DNA from: Escherichia coli
Lineage (GTDB): Bacteria; Pseudomonadota; Gammaproteobacteria; Enterobacterales; Enterobacteriaceae
DNA: 64,000 nt
Direction: 5' to 3' (one strand)
NCBI RefSeq assembly: GCF_011045215.1
Contig: NZ_CP049201.1
Shown here: positions 50,048-61,929 of the stretch, in pieces
Layout: each line of letters opens with the position of its first letter
Position numbering within the stretch: the stretch's first letter is position 1
Position numbers and translations under genes: made by a program
Notes under the pieces: generated by a model
The model's database searches: none
Seen by the model: only the letters and a program-made list of their open reading frames with translations
What the model was told of the DNA's origin: nothing

Positions 50048-51078
50048 TATTGCGGCTCAAGATTAGCGACTGCCGAAGCGCCGATGTGGAACATTTCCGG
50101 GTCAGGTTTATCAACCATGATTTTGACCGGAAAACGCTGGGCAACGCGGACCCAGTTAATAGAACGAGAAACTTTCGGCAGGCCGCCCAGCACCAGGCCG
50201 CCGTCATCCGGTAGCACGCCGTAGCCAATTGAATCCACTTTACCCTCGAAAGTTTTGCCGCTGTCACTCATCAGGCGAATCGTTGCGGGTGTACCTGAGC
50301 GAATATTTTTCAGATCGGTTTCGCGGAAGTTGGCGATCACGTACCAGTGACGAGTGTCGATTAGGGTAAAAATAGGGCGCATGGCAGAAGCAAATTGCCC
50401 GACGGAGGTTTTGAGGGAAATGACCCGGCCATCAAACGGCGCGCGAACGGTCGCCATTTCCAGATGCAGTTTGGTCAGGGCAATATCCGCTTCGACCGCC
50501 GCACGTTGCGCCACCAGCGCATCGACGCCGCTGACGGCGCTGGCGGCTGACTGCGCCTGTAACAATACGGCATTAAGATCCGCTTCTGCGGCGCGCTGCG
50601 CAGTTCTTGCACGGTCAACGTCTTCCGCTGAGACAAAACCCTCTTTCAGTAATGGCTCGGTGCGGCGTAATGTATCTGTGGCCTGTTTAGCGGCGGCACG
50701 GGCTTTTTCTACCGTGGCATTAATCGAGTCGGCACCAAACTGTTGCGCGTCAACGCTACGCTGGGTGAGCATAATTTGTTTATCCAGCGCCGCGAGGGAG
50801 GCTTCAGCTTTCGCCAGATTGGCTTCGTACGGGCGCGGGTCGATGCGGAACAGCAAATCGCCCTGTTTCACCGCCTGGTTGTCGGTGACCGCCAGTTCTA
50901 CAATGCGACCGCTGACTTCCGGCACCACATCAATGGTATCTGCTGACGCGTAAGCGTCATTAGTTGATGGCGCACTGTCTACGCGCCAGATAACGAAAAC
51001 AAGGGCAACCAGCGCCAACGCAACCACTAACAGAGCAGGGAATTTACTGCGAGGAGCTTTTTTCGGCGTACTTTCCAT
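50047..51078 (-). CDS. mdtN: membrane fusion protein (HlyD family)
   Basis: 343-aa ORF with N-terminal TM and coiled-coil periplasmic domain. Confidence 0.93.
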   Translation of the reverse strand: MESTPKKAPRSKFPALLVVALALVALVFVIWRVDSAPSTNDAYASADTIDVVPEVSGRIVELAVTDNQAVKQGDLLFRIDPRPYEANLAKAEASLAALDKQIMLTQRSVDAQQFGADSINATVEKARAAAKQATDTLRRTEPLLKEGFVSAEDVDRARTAQRAAEADLNAVLLQAQSAASAVSGVDALVAQRAAVEADIALTKLHLEMATVRAPFDGRVISLKTSVGQFASAMRPIFTLIDTRHWYVIANFRETDLKNIRSGTPATIRLMSDSGKTFEGKVDSIGYGVLPDDGGLVLGGLPKVSRSINWVRVAQRFPVKIMVDKPDPEMFHIGASAVANLEPQ

Positions 51079-51096
51079 GAGCGCGTCTCAAATAGA

Positions 51097-51372
51097 TTAG
51101 AAAAATGCCAGCCAGAACAGCATGGCGTAGAGAGCAAAAAGGGCGGTATAAATAATTCCGACAAATGCCAGATTGATATTTGTCCGCTGAATAACTCGCC
51201 TCGTGATGAGCGTCAAAATAAGGCTGGCAATGGCGCAGAAAAACCAGCTGGGATAATAAGCGCCGATCACCGGGATTGCCGGAGATAATGAGCATCCCGA
51301 AACCATGAAGACGGGAATTATCCAGGCTGTTTTTTTGAGTTGCATCGCCATGTGAGAGAGAACTGTTGGCAT
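51097..51372 (-). CDS. ytcA: small lipoprotein
   Basis: 91-aa protein from MPTVLSHMAM with lipobox (VSGC); track ORF over-extended to 107 aa. Confidence 0.8.
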   Translation of the reverse strand: MPTVLSHMAMQLKKTAWIIPVFMVSGCSLSPAIPVIGAYYPSWFFCAIASLILTLITRRVIQRTNINLAFVGIIYTALFALYAMLFWLAFF

Positions 51373-51580
51373 ATTAAATACATCCTGTCTGCTGCGAACA
51401 ATATCTGTAGTGAATATCACTATCCATTGAAGGCGTCAGTATGGCTATTTTCTTGATGAATAAAAATAGCTTTATTCAGCCACCGCATTCATAACTTATA
51501 TGTTTTATTTATTAATTGGCTGCATATATTTTAAAAGTAAATGCTTTTGGGGGCTTAAGCGCCCCCAAAAGTGAGTGGCA

Positions 51581-53566
51581 TTAATTTGGGGTTACGATAT
51601 TCACCCACAAATCGAAATTATCCAGACAGGCAATAATTTCTTCCAGTTTCGCACCATTGCCAATAATTTTGGCTTTCTTCGCTTTTACCAGATCCGCCAT
51701 TTTGGCTTGTCCGGTCAGCACGGCGTGCAGATCTTCACGACTGATGTAGAAAGAGGCGTCAGCTTGGGATTGCAGAGTTTTACGGTAGTTAAGCACGCTA
51801 TCGTTCAGCGTCAGGTTGAGGTTATCGCCGTTGCTCATATTGAAGTTCAGGCTGATATTTTTACCCGCGGCTTTCGCGCTATCGAGGCGAACGGCCATAA
51901 AGTCGAACAGCATTTCGACCGACATTCCGCGAATGGTGTCCGGGGAACCGGTGGTGCCGTGGCTGAACTTATGCACCCCTTCGCGCAGCTCTTTCGCGCC
52001 GGTCAGGTAGAAACCGCGCCATGTGGCGGACTCGGCCTGATAGCCCAGCTGTTCAAAGTTATTCGCTTGCAGATTCTTCGCGACCTGGTCACCCGGGTTG
52101 GCGGCAATCACCTGTTTCAGCAGTTCTGCCGACCAGCGGTAATCACCTTGCTTGTTCGCTTCTTGCGCCAGGTTGATGACACGGGCAGAACCGCCCAGCG
52201 CTTTCACGTAACGTTTGCCCATCTCTACCTGACCATACGGATGCAGGTTAGCCGGGTTACCGTCGTAATAGCCAAGATAGAAGTTATACACCGCGCGGGC
52301 GTTGTGGCTGACAGAACCGTAATAGCCACGGCTGGCCCAGTTATTGGCAAGTGCAGGCGGCAGCTTAATCATGTCGCCGATTTCATTCATGGTGTAGCCC
52401 TGGTTCGCCAGGTGCAGGGTCTGGTCGTGAATGTACTTGATAGTATCGCGATATTTACCAATATAATCATTGATATGCTTATTGCCCCAGACCGGCCAGG
52501 TATGCGGCATAAACAGTACTTCCGCGTCGTTACCCCACATATCCAGCGTTTCGTTCAGGTACTCGGTCCACTTGCTGGTATCGCGGGTTTTCGCGCCGCG
52601 CAGAGTGTAGAAGTTGTGCAGGGTATGCGTGGCGTTCTCGGCGGTACACAGGGCTTTCAGGGCCGGAATATAGAAGTGCATTTCGGCTGGTGCTTCGCTA
52701 CCTGGGGTCATCAGGAAGTCAAACTCCAGGCCGTCGATAATCATCTTCTCGCCAGTTCTGACGATAGTTTTAGTCGGTGCAATAATGCTCGGGTCGCCCG
52801 TTGCCAGCGTCACGCCAAGGCCATTACCCACGTTGCCTTGCGCGTTGTGTGGCAGTAACAGACCGTAAGAGTAGAGCGCACGGCGGCTCATGATGTTACC
52901 CGCCAGCACGTTTTCGCTGATGGCTTCGTCCATAAAGCCAGCAGGGGCAATCACCTGAACTTTGCCGGATTTAACATCGGCTTCAGAGATAATACCTTTC
53001 ACGCCACCATAGTGGTCAGTGTGGCTGTGAGTGTAAATAACGGCAACAATCGGTTTTTGCGGACGATGCTGGAAGTAAAGGTCAAGTGCGGCTTTTGCGG
53101 CAGGTGGCGTCACCAGTGGGTCAATAACAATAATGCCTTTCTCGCCCTCAACGAACGTAATGTTAGAGATATCCTGGCCGCGCACCTGATACATTTTATC
53201 GGTGACTTTGAACAGGCCAGAAATTCCGTTGATCTGCGACTGACGCCACAGGCTGGGGTTTACGGTTTCCGGCGCTGCGGCATTAATATCAAATTTGTAA
53301 TCGTCCGCGCGGTAGTAAACTTTACCGTTCGCATCACGCAGAATACCTTCATCCAGCAGCGGGGCGATAAATCCACGCTGGGCATCGTCAAAATCCTGAC
53401 GATCGCTAAACGGTAATGATTTGGCGTAATTCTGATTAACCTGTTGGGTATATTGAGTGGCGGCTTTCGCTTCCTCTCTCGCGTTAGCGGTATTTACCAT
53501 CATGCCGCTGGCGGCAGTTAACGCAATAACAATCCTGCTCAAACGGAATAACCGAGAGTTATTCAT
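51581..53566 (-). CDS. yjcS: putative alkyl/aryl-sulfatase (metallo-beta-lactamase fold)
   Basis: 661-aa ORF from MNNSRLF with signal peptide and HxHxDH motif ([10 protein letters not shown]). Confidence 0.92.
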   Translation of the reverse strand: MNNSRLFRLSRIVIALTAASGMMVNTANAREEAKAATQYTQQVNQNYAKSLPFSDRQDFDDAQRGFIAPLLDEGILRDANGKVYYRADDYKFDINAAAPETVNPSLWRQSQINGISGLFKVTDKMYQVRGQDISNITFVEGEKGIIVIDPLVTPPAAKAALDLYFQHRPQKPIVAVIYTHSHTDHYGGVKGIISEADVKSGKVQVIAPAGFMDEAISENVLAGNIMSRRALYSYGLLLPHNAQGNVGNGLGVTLATGDPSIIAPTKTIVRTGEKMIIDGLEFDFLMTPGSEAPAEMHFYIPALKALCTAENATHTLHNFYTLRGAKTRDTSKWTEYLNETLDMWGNDAEVLFMPHTWPVWGNKHINDYIGKYRDTIKYIHDQTLHLANQGYTMNEIGDMIKLPPALANNWASRGYYGSVSHNARAVYNFYLGYYDGNPANLHPYGQVEMGKRYVKALGGSARVINLAQEANKQGDYRWSAELLKQVIAANPGDQVAKNLQANNFEQLGYQAESATWRGFYLTGAKELREGVHKFSHGTTGSPDTIRGMSVEMLFDFMAVRLDSAKAAGKNISLNFNMSNGDNLNLTLNDSVLNYRKTLQSQADASFYISREDLHAVLTGQAKMADLVKAKKAKIIGNGAKLEEIIACLDNFDLWVNIVTPN

Positions 53567-53818
53567 ATAAATCTCCATTTATCATTTATGTCGTAAATAT
53601 GTAATCCATGCAAAATACGTCATTTAAAGCTGGCGTTATCATAATTGGGAAATTGCGACTTTAATAAGTGGAAGTGTGAGCAGAACGATCCATTTTATTA
53701 GGCATTTGTGCTGAAGAGGGAAAAGTACGCGAATTTATTATCCCTGTAAATAATATGAGGTGTTTTATATATTTATTATATATATTGTACTTCGGCAAAT
53801 ACTGAGCACAATTAATCA

Positions 53819-54136
53819 ATGCAACCGGTGTTTTTTATTAAAAAACGTACCGGAGCAATGGGCGGTCATGTCGCTGGCACCGCAGGATTCTGTGTTGCTG
53901 TGCCAGCCTTTTATTCATGGTCAATGAGTGAGGGGATTGATAAAGAAACCAGGTCGTCAGAGCGCACTGATTATCCGCATTACGCCAGTGAAGTTGCACT
54001 GGCTTTTGGTTCACGAGTGGTTGGCCTCGAACTGGCAAAAATGATTGTGGATGCGTGGCTGGGCGCACAGTACGAAGGCGGTCGTCATCAACAACGCGTG
54101 GAGGCGATTACGGCAATAGAGCAGCGGAGAAATTGA
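53819..54136 (+). pseudogene. rpiB-like remnant (ribose-5-phosphate isomerase B family) lacking the catalytic core
   Basis: 105-aa ORF with weak translation signals; retains ...SSERTDYPHYAS... and C-terminal ...AFGSRVVGLELAKMIVDAWLGAQYEGGRHQQRVEAITAIEQRRN (RHxxR motif) but has no GxLICGTGxG active-site loop; sits immediately upstream of yjdP where K-12 has rpiB. Confidence 0.5.
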
Positions 54137-54204
54137 GATTCATCCACTACTTGCATGGATGAGTAATGACTAATGTGGATAGAGTTTCTTTTTGAGGTTG
54201 GCTA

Positions 54205-54534
54205 ATGAAACGCTTTCCGCTATTTCTTTTATTCACCCTGCTCACGCTGTCCACCGTTCCGGCCCAGGCCGATATTATCGACGACACCATTGGCAATATT
54301 CAGCAGGCGATTAACGACGCTTATAACCCTGACCGTGGGCGAGACTATGAAGATTCGCGCGACGACGGCTGGCAGCGTGAAGTGAGCGACGATCGGCGCA
54401 GACAATATGACGACCGCCGCCGCCAGTTTGAAGATCGTCGCAGGCAACTGGACGATCGCCAGCGCCAGCTTGATCAGGAGCGTCGGCAGCTGGAGGATGA
54501 AGAGCGGAGAATGGAAGATGAGTATGGGCGATGA
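54205..54534 (+). CDS. yjdP: small secreted low-complexity protein
   Basis: 109-aa ORF with signal peptide (cleavage after AQA) and Arg/Asp/Gln/Glu-rich periodic DDRRRQ-like repeats. Confidence 0.85.
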   Translation: MKRFPLFLLFTLLTLSTVPAQADIIDDTIGNIQQAINDAYNPDRGRDYEDSRDDGWQREVSDDRRRQYDDRRRQFEDRRRQLDDRQRQLDQERRQLEDEERRMEDEYGR

Positions 54535-54576
54535 GGTAGGCTCGGGTGAGGGGGCCAGCGCGCACATTCCCTCTCA

Positions 54577-55335
54577 TCACGCCACCCCAATCTCCATCCC
54601 ATCAAACCCCGCCTCAAACCCCGACGGCAGCGCGTTCTCCATCAGCCATGCATCAAACTGGTGGCTGATGTGCGTCAGAATCACGCGTGGCGAGCGGATA
54701 ACCTCATTCAGCGCCAGTACGGTGTTTAAATCACAGTGGTTACGTGGCGCATCTTCGCGCGGCGGGTGGCTGCAATCAATCACCATAACCTGCGGCTGAT
54801 TATTGCGTAAAAATTTCAGCGTTTTTTCCGGCAGGCCTGCGGTGTCAGACAGCCACGCCGCGCGGCTGTGCGCCGTTTCCAGCAGATAACCGAAGGTCAG
54901 TTTTGAGTGGTTGAGCGGCAGGGGCGTGACCTGTAACCCCTGCAAATCAAACACCACAAACGGTTCCACCGTGTGGCTGAAATCAAGCAGGCCCGGATGT
55001 TTAAACAGATCGTCGCAGCCCTGTTCATCCGGCGGGCCGTAGACCGGGATCGGATCGCCCACGCCCCAGCGCAGCGGAAACAGCCCCTGGACGTGATCCA
55101 TATGGTAGTGCGTCAGCAAAAACTGCTGGAACGATCCTGGCGACCAGCGATCGGCGAGATCGTGCCGCCCGGCGTCGATCAGGGTGATCGCCTCGTTAAA
55201 CTTCACTACGCCGCTGCATGGCTGGCGGCGATACTGCGGTGAGCGCCGCGCTCTGGCGCAGGCCGCGCACTCGCAGCCCCATGCCGGAACGCCCTGTGCG
55301 CCGCCGGTGCCGGTGAGCGTGAGGGACAGGCTCAT
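54577..55335 (-). CDS. phnP: phosphoribosyl 1,2-cyclic phosphate phosphodiesterase (metallo-beta-lactamase fold)
   Basis: 252-aa ORF with HxHxDH motif (THYHMDH); last gene of the phn operon. Confidence 0.93.
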   Translation of the reverse strand: MSLSLTLTGTGGAQGVPAWGCECAACARARRSPQYRRQPCSGVVKFNEAITLIDAGRHDLADRWSPGSFQQFLLTHYHMDHVQGLFPLRWGVGDPIPVYGPPDEQGCDDLFKHPGLLDFSHTVEPFVVFDLQGLQVTPLPLNHSKLTFGYLLETAHSRAAWLSDTAGLPEKTLKFLRNNQPQVMVIDCSHPPREDAPRNHCDLNTVLALNEVIRSPRVILTHISHQFDAWLMENALPSGFEAGFDGMEIGVA

Positions 55336-55336
55336 G

Positions 55337-55771
55337 TTACAGCGCCTTCGTGAAGCGGAAGTGGCTCTGCTCGTAGCCTTCGCGCAGATAGAAACGGTGT
55401 GCGTCGTGGCGCTTCACGTTGGTCGAAAGCTCGGTCATTTCGGCCCCGGCCTGGCGGGCTTCTTCTTCTGCCCACGCCAGCAACTTGCTACCAACGTTCA
55501 GACCGCGCGCCTGCGGCATCACCACCAGTTCCTGAATTTCGCCGATCCAGTTGACATGATGCAGATGAAACTGCAAATGCAGGCCGATCATGCCGACAAC
55601 TTCGCCATCCAGCAGCGCCAGATGGTAGCGCATGTTTGGGTCATGCAGGTTGGTGTTAAAGCCCACGCGAAACGCGTGATGGTCAAACTCCGCCTGTTTT
55701 AGCTCACAAATCAGCGCGTAAACCGCGTCGGTGTCGTACTGCGTGGCCGGGCGAAGCTCACAAGCAGGCAT
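55337..55771 (-). CDS. phnO: aminoalkylphosphonate N-acetyltransferase (GNAT)
   Basis: 144-aa ORF. Confidence 0.93.
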   Translation of the reverse strand: MPACELRPATQYDTDAVYALICELKQAEFDHHAFRVGFNTNLHDPNMRYHLALLDGEVVGMIGLHLQFHLHHVNWIGEIQELVVMPQARGLNVGSKLLAWAEEEARQAGAEMTELSTNVKRHDAHRFYLREGYEQSHFRFTKAL

Positions 55772-56315
55772 GGTGTTTCTCCTTCTGATGAATCAGCGTC
55801 AGCAGTGTGTCGACCGACTGGCGCAGGCTGCCGTCATTGTTGAGCGTATGGCAATCCTGTGGAGTATAGCGGGCGGCGCGCGCCAGCCGGGCATTAATTT
55901 CACTGGCGTTTTCACGACCACGGTTTTCCAGGCGCTGGCGCAGGATCTCTGGCGACACCTGTAAGCAGATGGGCAGCAGCGCCGATTGATAGCGCGCCCG
56001 CGCCTGCGGCAGATGGGCGCGTGAGCCGTTGACCAGCACGTCGAATCCGGCGTGCAGCCAGAGGTCAATCTCGACGCCGACGCCATAATACAGACCGTTA
56101 GCGTGCCAGCTTAAGGCCAGCAGATTTTGCCCCGCGCGGGTAAAAAACTCCTGCTCGCTCAAGGCGATATGGTTTTCGCTTCCGGCGCTGGCATCGCGCG
56201 TAATGTAGCGATGCGCCACCAGTAGCTGAGTTTGTTCCCGCAGGCGGAGTTCCGCCAGCAGGCTATCTTTCCCGGAGCCGGACGGCCCCATTAACCAAAT
56301 CAGTTTTCCCGTCAT
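55758..56315 (-). CDS. phnN: ribose 1,5-bisphosphate phosphokinase
   Basis: 185-aa ORF with P-loop GPSGSGKDS. Confidence 0.93.
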   Translation of the reverse strand: MTGKLIWLMGPSGSGKDSLLAELRLREQTQLLVAHRYITRDASAGSENHIALSEQEFFTRAGQNLLALSWHANGLYYGVGVEIDLWLHAGFDVLVNGSRAHLPQARARYQSALLPICLQVSPEILRQRLENRGRENASEINARLARAARYTPQDCHTLNNDGSLRQSVDTLLTLIHQKEKHHACL

Positions 56316-57451
56316 CAGAACACCCTTTTACCCTGACGCCAGACGTGGTCGATATGAATGTGATTGCCCTTGCGATGCGCCAGCACCAGGTCGGCGCGTT
56401 TGCCCTCGCCAATCACCCCGCGATCCTGGAGATTGAGCGCCTGGGCCGGATTTTTAGTCACCAGCTTCACCGCCTGCGGCAGCGTAAAGCGGTTGCTATG
56501 GTCATCGGCGACGCAGAACGCCGCATCCAGCAGGCTGGCGGGGTAGTAGTCAGAAGAGAGGATATCCAGCAGGCCAAGCTGCGCCAGTTCACTGGCCGCC
56601 ACGTTGCCGGAGTGCGAACCGCCGCGCACGATATTTGGCGCGCCCATCAGCACGTTCATGCCATGCTTGCGCGAGGCTTCCGCCGCTTCGAACGTAGTGG
56701 GAAATTCGGCGATCACGCTGCCAAGCTGGTGGGATTCGGCAACGTGGGCGTGCGTGGCGTCATCGTGGCTGGCGAGCGCAATTTTTCGTGCGCGGCACAC
56801 GGCGGCGATGGATTCGCGATTCGGCTGCGACCAGCGTGCGGCAAGCGCCAGCTGTTCCTCTTCGTACTGCTGCATCTGCGCATCGGTGAGCGAGTATTTG
56901 CCCTGATAATATTCGCGATACTTCTCGCGGTTGGCGAACTGGCGCTGGCCTGGTGAGTGATCCATCAGCGATACCAGCGTCACCGGCTCGCGCTGCACCA
57001 GTTTTTCAAACAGTGGCAGCGTGGTGTGATGCGGCAGCTCGCAGCGCAGGTGCAGACGGTGCTCGGCGCGGTTGACGCCGCGTTTCTGCGTCTCTTCGAT
57101 GGCATTGATCATCTTCTCCAGATTCTCCAGCCGATCGCCGCCGTCGCGCACGTCGCCAATCGCCACGGCGTCCAGTACGGTGGTGATGCCGCTCGCCACC
57201 ATCAGCGCGTCGTGGCTGCTCATCGCCGAGTGGGCGGGCCAGTCAACTTTCGGGCGCGGGGTGAAGAATTTATCGAGGTTGTCGGTATGCAGCTCAATCA
57301 GCCCCGGCAGCAGCCAGCCGCCTTCGCCGTCCATCGCCTCCGGCAGGCGGCTCTGGCTTTCGGCAAAGGCGCGGATTTCGCCGTCCTGCATCTCCAGCGA
57401 ACCGTTTACCACTTCGTTTTCCAGCACCAGTTTGACGTTATTGATAATCAT
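56315..57451 (-). CDS. phnM: RPnTP diphosphatase (amidohydrolase family)
   Basis: 378-aa ORF. Confidence 0.93.
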   Translation of the reverse strand: MIINNVKLVLENEVVNGSLEMQDGEIRAFAESQSRLPEAMDGEGGWLLPGLIELHTDNLDKFFTPRPKVDWPAHSAMSSHDALMVASGITTVLDAVAIGDVRDGGDRLENLEKMINAIEETQKRGVNRAEHRLHLRCELPHHTTLPLFEKLVQREPVTLVSLMDHSPGQRQFANREKYREYYQGKYSLTDAQMQQYEEEQLALAARWSQPNRESIAAVCRARKIALASHDDATHAHVAESHQLGSVIAEFPTTFEAAEASRKHGMNVLMGAPNIVRGGSHSGNVAASELAQLGLLDILSSDYYPASLLDAAFCVADDHSNRFTLPQAVKLVTKNPAQALNLQDRGVIGEGKRADLVLAHRKGNHIHIDHVWRQGKRVF

Positions 57452-58128
57452 GAAGAGGCTCCCATTGGGTGCAGGCGGTCGGCGACGTCATTGCGTACGG
57501 CTTCGTCATGGAAGATGCCGACGATGGCCGCGCCGCGGGCTTTGGCTTCGCGGATCAGTTCGACTACGGCGGCGCTGTTTTTAGCGTCCAGCGAGGCGGT
57601 GGGTTCGTCGAGCAGCAGAATGGGGTAGTCGACGATAAAGCCGCGGGCGATGTTGACGCGCTGCTGTTCGCCGCCGGAGAAGGTCGATGGTGCAAGATGC
57701 CACAGGCGTTCCGGCACGTTCAGGCGGGTGAGCAGACGCGCGGCTTTAGCGGCGCAGGCTTCACGCGGTACGCCGGTATCGAGCAGCGGTTGCATCACCA
57801 CTTCCAGCGCCGAAATGCGCGGGATGACGCGCAGAAACTGGCTCACCCAGCCGACGATGGTTTTGCGGATCTCCACCACTTTGCGCGCTGGCGCGGTGAC
57901 CAGATCGACCCATTCGTCACCGTGTTTGATCTGGATTTGGCCTTCATCGGGCAGATAGTTGGCGTACAGCGAGCGCAGCAGGGTTGATTTCCCGCTGCCG
58001 GAGTGGCCGTGGAGCACCACGCATTCGCCCGCGTTGACGGTGAGCGAGGCGCGTTGTAAGACGGGCAGGCGCACGCCGTTTTGCTGGTGCAGGATGAAGG
58101 TTTTACTGACGTTTTGTACGTTAATCAT
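57448..58128 (-). CDS. phnL: C-P lyase system ABC-type ATPase component
   Basis: start at [11 protein letters not shown] (226 aa); Walker [10 protein letters not shown]; the 264-aa track extension runs into a REP element. Confidence 0.9.
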   Translation of the reverse strand: MINVQNVSKTFILHQQNGVRLPVLQRASLTVNAGECVVLHGHSGSGKSTLLRSLYANYLPDEGQIQIKHGDEWVDLVTAPARKVVEIRKTIVGWVSQFLRVIPRISALEVVMQPLLDTGVPREACAAKAARLLTRLNVPERLWHLAPSTFSGGEQQRVNIARGFIVDYPILLLDEPTASLDAKNSAAVVELIREAKARGAAIVGIFHDEAVRNDVADRLHPMGASS

Positions 58129-58149
58129 TTTTCGCCTCGTGGTTCGGGT

Positions 58150-58233
<84 letters not shown>

Positions 58234-58238
58234 CCAGC

Positions 58239-58997
58239 TCAATTCTGCAAAACCGATGACACCAGCAGTTGTGTATACGGATGGTGCGGGTCGTCGAGCA
58301 CGCGGTCGGTTAACCCACTCTCCACCACCTGCCCCTGCTTCATCACCAGCAAACGGTCCGCCAGCAGGCGGGCGACGCCCAAATCGTGGGTGACAATCAC
58401 TACCGCGAGGTTCAGCTCCACCACCAGGCCGCGCAGCAGGTCGAGCAGGCGGGCCTGCACCGACACATCCAGCCCGCCGGTCGGTTCATCCATAAACACC
58501 AGCTTCGGATGCGTCACCAGGTTGCGGGCAATCTGCAAACGCTGCTGCATACCGCCGGAAAAGGTGGTCGGCAGGTCGTCGATCCGGTTGGCGGGAATTT
58601 CCACCTCTTCCAGCCACTTCTGCGCGGTGGCGCGAATATCGCCGTAATGACGTGCCCCGGCCGCCATCAGCCGCTCGCCGATATTGCCGCCTGCCGACAC
58701 CTGGCGGCGCAGGCCGTCGAGGGGATGCTGATGCACCACGCCCCATTCGGTGCGCAGCAGGCGACGGCGGTCGGCCTCGCTCATGCCATAGAGGGAACGG
58801 TTTTCATAGTGAATCTCCCCCTGCTGCGGCGTCAGACGCGCGGAGATCGACTTCAGCAGCGTGGTCTTCCCGGAGCCGGATTCCCCGACAATGCCCAGCA
58901 CTTCCCCCGGCCATAAATCAAAAGAGACATCGCTAAAGCCTTTGCCCGGCGCGTAAAGGTGGGTCAGGTTATTGACCGAAAGTAACGGTTGATTCAT
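58239..58997 (-). CDS. phnK: C-P lyase system ABC-type ATPase component
   Basis: start at [10 protein letters not shown] (252 aa); Walker [10 protein letters not shown]; ATG overlaps phnJ stop. Confidence 0.92.
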   Translation of the reverse strand: MNQPLLSVNNLTHLYAPGKGFSDVSFDLWPGEVLGIVGESGSGKTTLLKSISARLTPQQGEIHYENRSLYGMSEADRRRLLRTEWGVVHQHPLDGLRRQVSAGGNIGERLMAAGARHYGDIRATAQKWLEEVEIPANRIDDLPTTFSGGMQQRLQIARNLVTHPKLVFMDEPTGGLDVSVQARLLDLLRGLVVELNLAVVIVTHDLGVARLLADRLLVMKQGQVVESGLTDRVLDDPHHPYTQLLVSSVLQN

Positions 58998-59839
58998 TGG
59001 CTTTTTGCCTCGCTCTGTTGGCGGCAATAATCGGTATCGGAGCAGACAAACATGCGGTTTCCGGCGTCATCCAGCACCACTTCATCAAGATAGCTGTGGG
59101 TCGATCCGCAGATGGCGCATGGTTCATCCCACTGCTGAACGGTGAACGGGTGATCGTCGAAATCGAGGCTTTCCACGCGGGTAAACGGCGGCACCGCATA
59201 GATGCGCTTCTCACGCCCTGCGCCGAACAGTTGCAGGGCGGGCATCATGTCCATTTTCGGGTTATCGAATTTCGGGATCGGCGACGGGTCCATTACGTAG
59301 CGCCCGTTCACCTTCACCGGATAGGCGTAGGTGGTGGCGATATGACCGAAGCGGGCGATATCTTCATACAGCTTCACCTGCATCACGCCGTACTCCTCCA
59401 GCGCGTGCATGGTGCGGGTTTCCGTTTCGCGCGGCTCGATAAAGCGCAGCGGTTCCGGAATCGGCACCTGGAAGATAATTATCTGATCTTCGGTCAGCGG
59501 CGTTTCGGGGATGCGGTGGCGGGTCTGGATAACCGTCGCATCGTCCGTACGTTCCGTGGTGTTTACCCCGGTCACGCGCTTGAAGAAGTTGCGAATCGAC
59601 ACGGCGTTGGTGGTGTCATCCGCGCCCTGGTCAATCACCTTCAACACGTCGCTTTCGCCAATCACGCTGGCGGTGAGCTGTATGCCGCCGGTTCCCCAAC
59701 CGTACGGCATTGGCATCTCGCGCCCGCCAAACGGTACCTGATAACCGGGGATCGCCACCGCTTTTAAGATGGCGCGGCGGATCATGCGTTTGGTCTGCTC
59801 GTCGAGGTAGGCAAAGTTGTAGCCGCTCAGATTAGCCAT
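58994..59839 (-). CDS. phnJ: C-P lyase catalytic subunit (radical SAM-like, CX2CX21CX5C)
   Basis: start at MANLSGYNF (281 aa) with AGGAG RBS; C-terminal Cys cluster CAICGS...CSDTDYC. Confidence 0.93.
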   Translation of the reverse strand: MANLSGYNFAYLDEQTKRMIRRAILKAVAIPGYQVPFGGREMPMPYGWGTGGIQLTASVIGESDVLKVIDQGADDTTNAVSIRNFFKRVTGVNTTERTDDATVIQTRHRIPETPLTEDQIIIFQVPIPEPLRFIEPRETETRTMHALEEYGVMQVKLYEDIARFGHIATTYAYPVKVNGRYVMDPSPIPKFDNPKMDMMPALQLFGAGREKRIYAVPPFTRVESLDFDDHPFTVQQWDEPCAICGSTHSYLDEVVLDDAGNRMFVCSDTDYCRQQSEAKSQ

Positions 59840-60896
59840 GGTTCTGCTCCTGTTGCAGACGTTTGAGTAGCTCCAGTTCGGCCTGGAAATCGACGTAGTG
59901 CGGGAGTTTGAGGTGCGAGACAAAGCCTGCGGCTTCGACATTGTCGGCATGTGCCAGTACGAACTCTTCATCCTGCGCCGGGCCTGTCGCGTGCTCGCCG
60001 TATTCCGGGGCTTGCAGAGCGCGGTCAACCAGCGCCATCGCCATCGCTTTGCGCTCGCTCATGCCGAACACCAGCCCGTAGCCGCGCGTGAAGTGCGGCG
60101 GCTCCTCCGGCGGGTCGATAAAACCGTTGACCATTTCACACTCAGTCATCAGCAATTCGCCGATGTTCACCGCAAATCCCAGCTCTTCCGGCACAATCGA
60201 CACGTCGATGTAACCACTGCGGATTTCACCCGCGAACGGGTGATTGCGCCCGTAACCGCGTTGGGTGGAGTAGGCGAGCGCCAGCAAATAGCCTTCGTCG
60301 CCGCGCATCAACTGCTGCAAACGGGAAGAACGTGAGCAGGGGTAAACCGGCGGCGTGCGGGTGATATCATCCGGCTGTGCGCCGCTATCCTCTTCAAACT
60401 TCGCCAGCCCCTGACGCGCCAGCAGGCTGAAAACGTGCGGCGACGGCTGTTGTTCGCTGTCGGCGGTGGTCAGCGTCGGCGCTTCACCGTTTGCCAGCAG
60501 GGTGAAATCGAGCAGGCGATGGGTGTAGTCGTAGGTTGGGCCAAGCAATTGGCCGCCGGGAATGTCTTTATAAACCGCCGAAATACGCCGTTCGAGACGC
60601 ATCCCGGTGGTGTCGAGCGGCTCGCATACCGCAAGCTTCGCCAGCGTGGTGCGGTAGGCGCGCAGCAGAAAAATCGCTTCGACGTTATCGCCGCTGGCCT
60701 GTTTCAGCGCCAGCGCCGCCAGTTCGCGGTCGGCAATGCCGCCTTCGGTCATCACGCGATCCACCGCAAGGTTAAGCTGCTGTTCAATCTGGGCGACGCT
60801 CAGTTCAGGCAAATCGGTATCGCCCCGGCGTCGGCTCTCTTGCAGGGCGTGGGCGGCGTCGATCGCCTTCTCGCCCCCTTTCACGGCAACGTACAT
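59832..60896 (-). CDS. phnI: C-P lyase core complex subunit
   Basis: start at [10 protein letters not shown] (354 aa); track ORF over-extended upstream. Confidence 0.92.
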   Translation of the reverse strand: MYVAVKGGEKAIDAAHALQESRRRGDTDLPELSVAQIEQQLNLAVDRVMTEGGIADRELAALALKQASGDNVEAIFLLRAYRTTLAKLAVCEPLDTTGMRLERRISAVYKDIPGGQLLGPTYDYTHRLLDFTLLANGEAPTLTTADSEQQPSPHVFSLLARQGLAKFEEDSGAQPDDITRTPPVYPCSRSSRLQQLMRGDEGYLLALAYSTQRGYGRNHPFAGEIRSGYIDVSIVPEELGFAVNIGELLMTECEMVNGFIDPPEEPPHFTRGYGLVFGMSERKAMAMALVDRALQAPEYGEHATGPAQDEEFVLAHADNVEAAGFVSHLKLPHYVDFQAELELLKRLQQEQNHG

Positions 60897-61480
60897 CAGC
60901 ACACCTCCACATGAGTGGTTCGCGGGATAGCCAGCAGGCGCTCGCCGCAGGTCAGGATCAGGTCGATGCCGAGCGGGAACGGGTGCGGGCGCTCGGTGAG
61001 TTCGTGCAGAATGCACTCCGGCAGCTGCGGGGCGATCATCCGTTCTTCGGCAATGCCCGCGCCGGTGAGGCGCAACATGCGCCCGCCGCTCAGGCTGGCG
61101 ACCTGTAAAATCAGCGTCGCGCCCGCTTCCGGCGCAACGACGGTGCCGGTGGAAAGGGCGTTGAGCTGTTCGCGGGAAATCGCCTCATCCGTCACCGCGA
61201 AGGTCGCCTGTTCCGGCTGATTGACCAGCGGCGCGTTGGTATGAAAACGCAGGCTCTGGCTGACGATATCGTTGCTCAATGGCGTGGAAAGCCACACCGG
61301 CGTGTCGTTATCGGCCAGCGTCAGCAGCACGCTGGTGGTGGCGATATTTAGCGGCTGCCAGCCGCGTTTGAGCTGATGTAGGGCGACAATCACGCCCGGC
61401 TCGCTCATGGCCTTTAACAGGCGACGAAAACTGTGCTGGGCATCCTGCACGGGAAGCATAAAAGCGGTTTCCAGGGTCAT
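60896..61480 (-). CDS. phnH: C-P lyase core complex subunit
   Basis: 194-aa ORF. Confidence 0.93.
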   Translation of the reverse strand: MTLETAFMLPVQDAQHSFRRLLKAMSEPGVIVALHQLKRGWQPLNIATTSVLLTLADNDTPVWLSTPLSNDIVSQSLRFHTNAPLVNQPEQATFAVTDEAISREQLNALSTGTVVAPEAGATLILQVASLSGGRMLRLTGAGIAEERMIAPQLPECILHELTERPHPFPLGIDLILTCGERLLAIPRTTHVEVC

Positions 61481-61929
61481 GCGTTGTCTCCGCGAACCAT
61501 CGTAAAGAAGTCGACCCGGCTGGCGTTCACTTCGGCCTGGCGTGCGGCAATGCGTGCCATACGGTCAGCGTCCAGCGGGGCAATAAGAGTTTCTGATAAG
61601 TTTTGAAAGTGGCGAGATTGCTGCATCAGCGCGTCAATCAGCGCGCAGCGTTCGGCGTGCTGTTTGTCGCGCCCCAGCACCCAGCTGTAGCCGAGCGTGC
61701 CGTCAGTCAGGCGTACGGCGGCGCGGGTCAGCGTGGCGTCGCCGGCAAAAAAGCGTTCGCCGGTGCCGCCCATTCGCGCCTGAATCTGCACCAGGCCGGT
61801 TTCGGCGGCGCGGATCACTTCATAGTCGGCGGTGATGTTCAGCGCGTTCAGGCGGGTTGCCAGCTCAGTCGGTTGGCTGTGCGCCAGTACGGACATCCAG
61901 TGCTGGCGGGTCGCGGTATCTGCGTGCAT
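61477..61929 (-). CDS. phnG: C-P lyase core complex subunit
   Basis: 150-aa ORF overlapping phnH start by 4 bp. Confidence 0.93.
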   Translation of the reverse strand: MHADTATRQHWMSVLAHSQPTELATRLNALNITADYEVIRAAETGLVQIQARMGGTGERFFAGDATLTRAAVRLTDGTLGYSWVLGRDKQHAERCALIDALMQQSRHFQNLSETLIAPLDADRMARIAARQAEVNASRVDFFTMVRGDNA

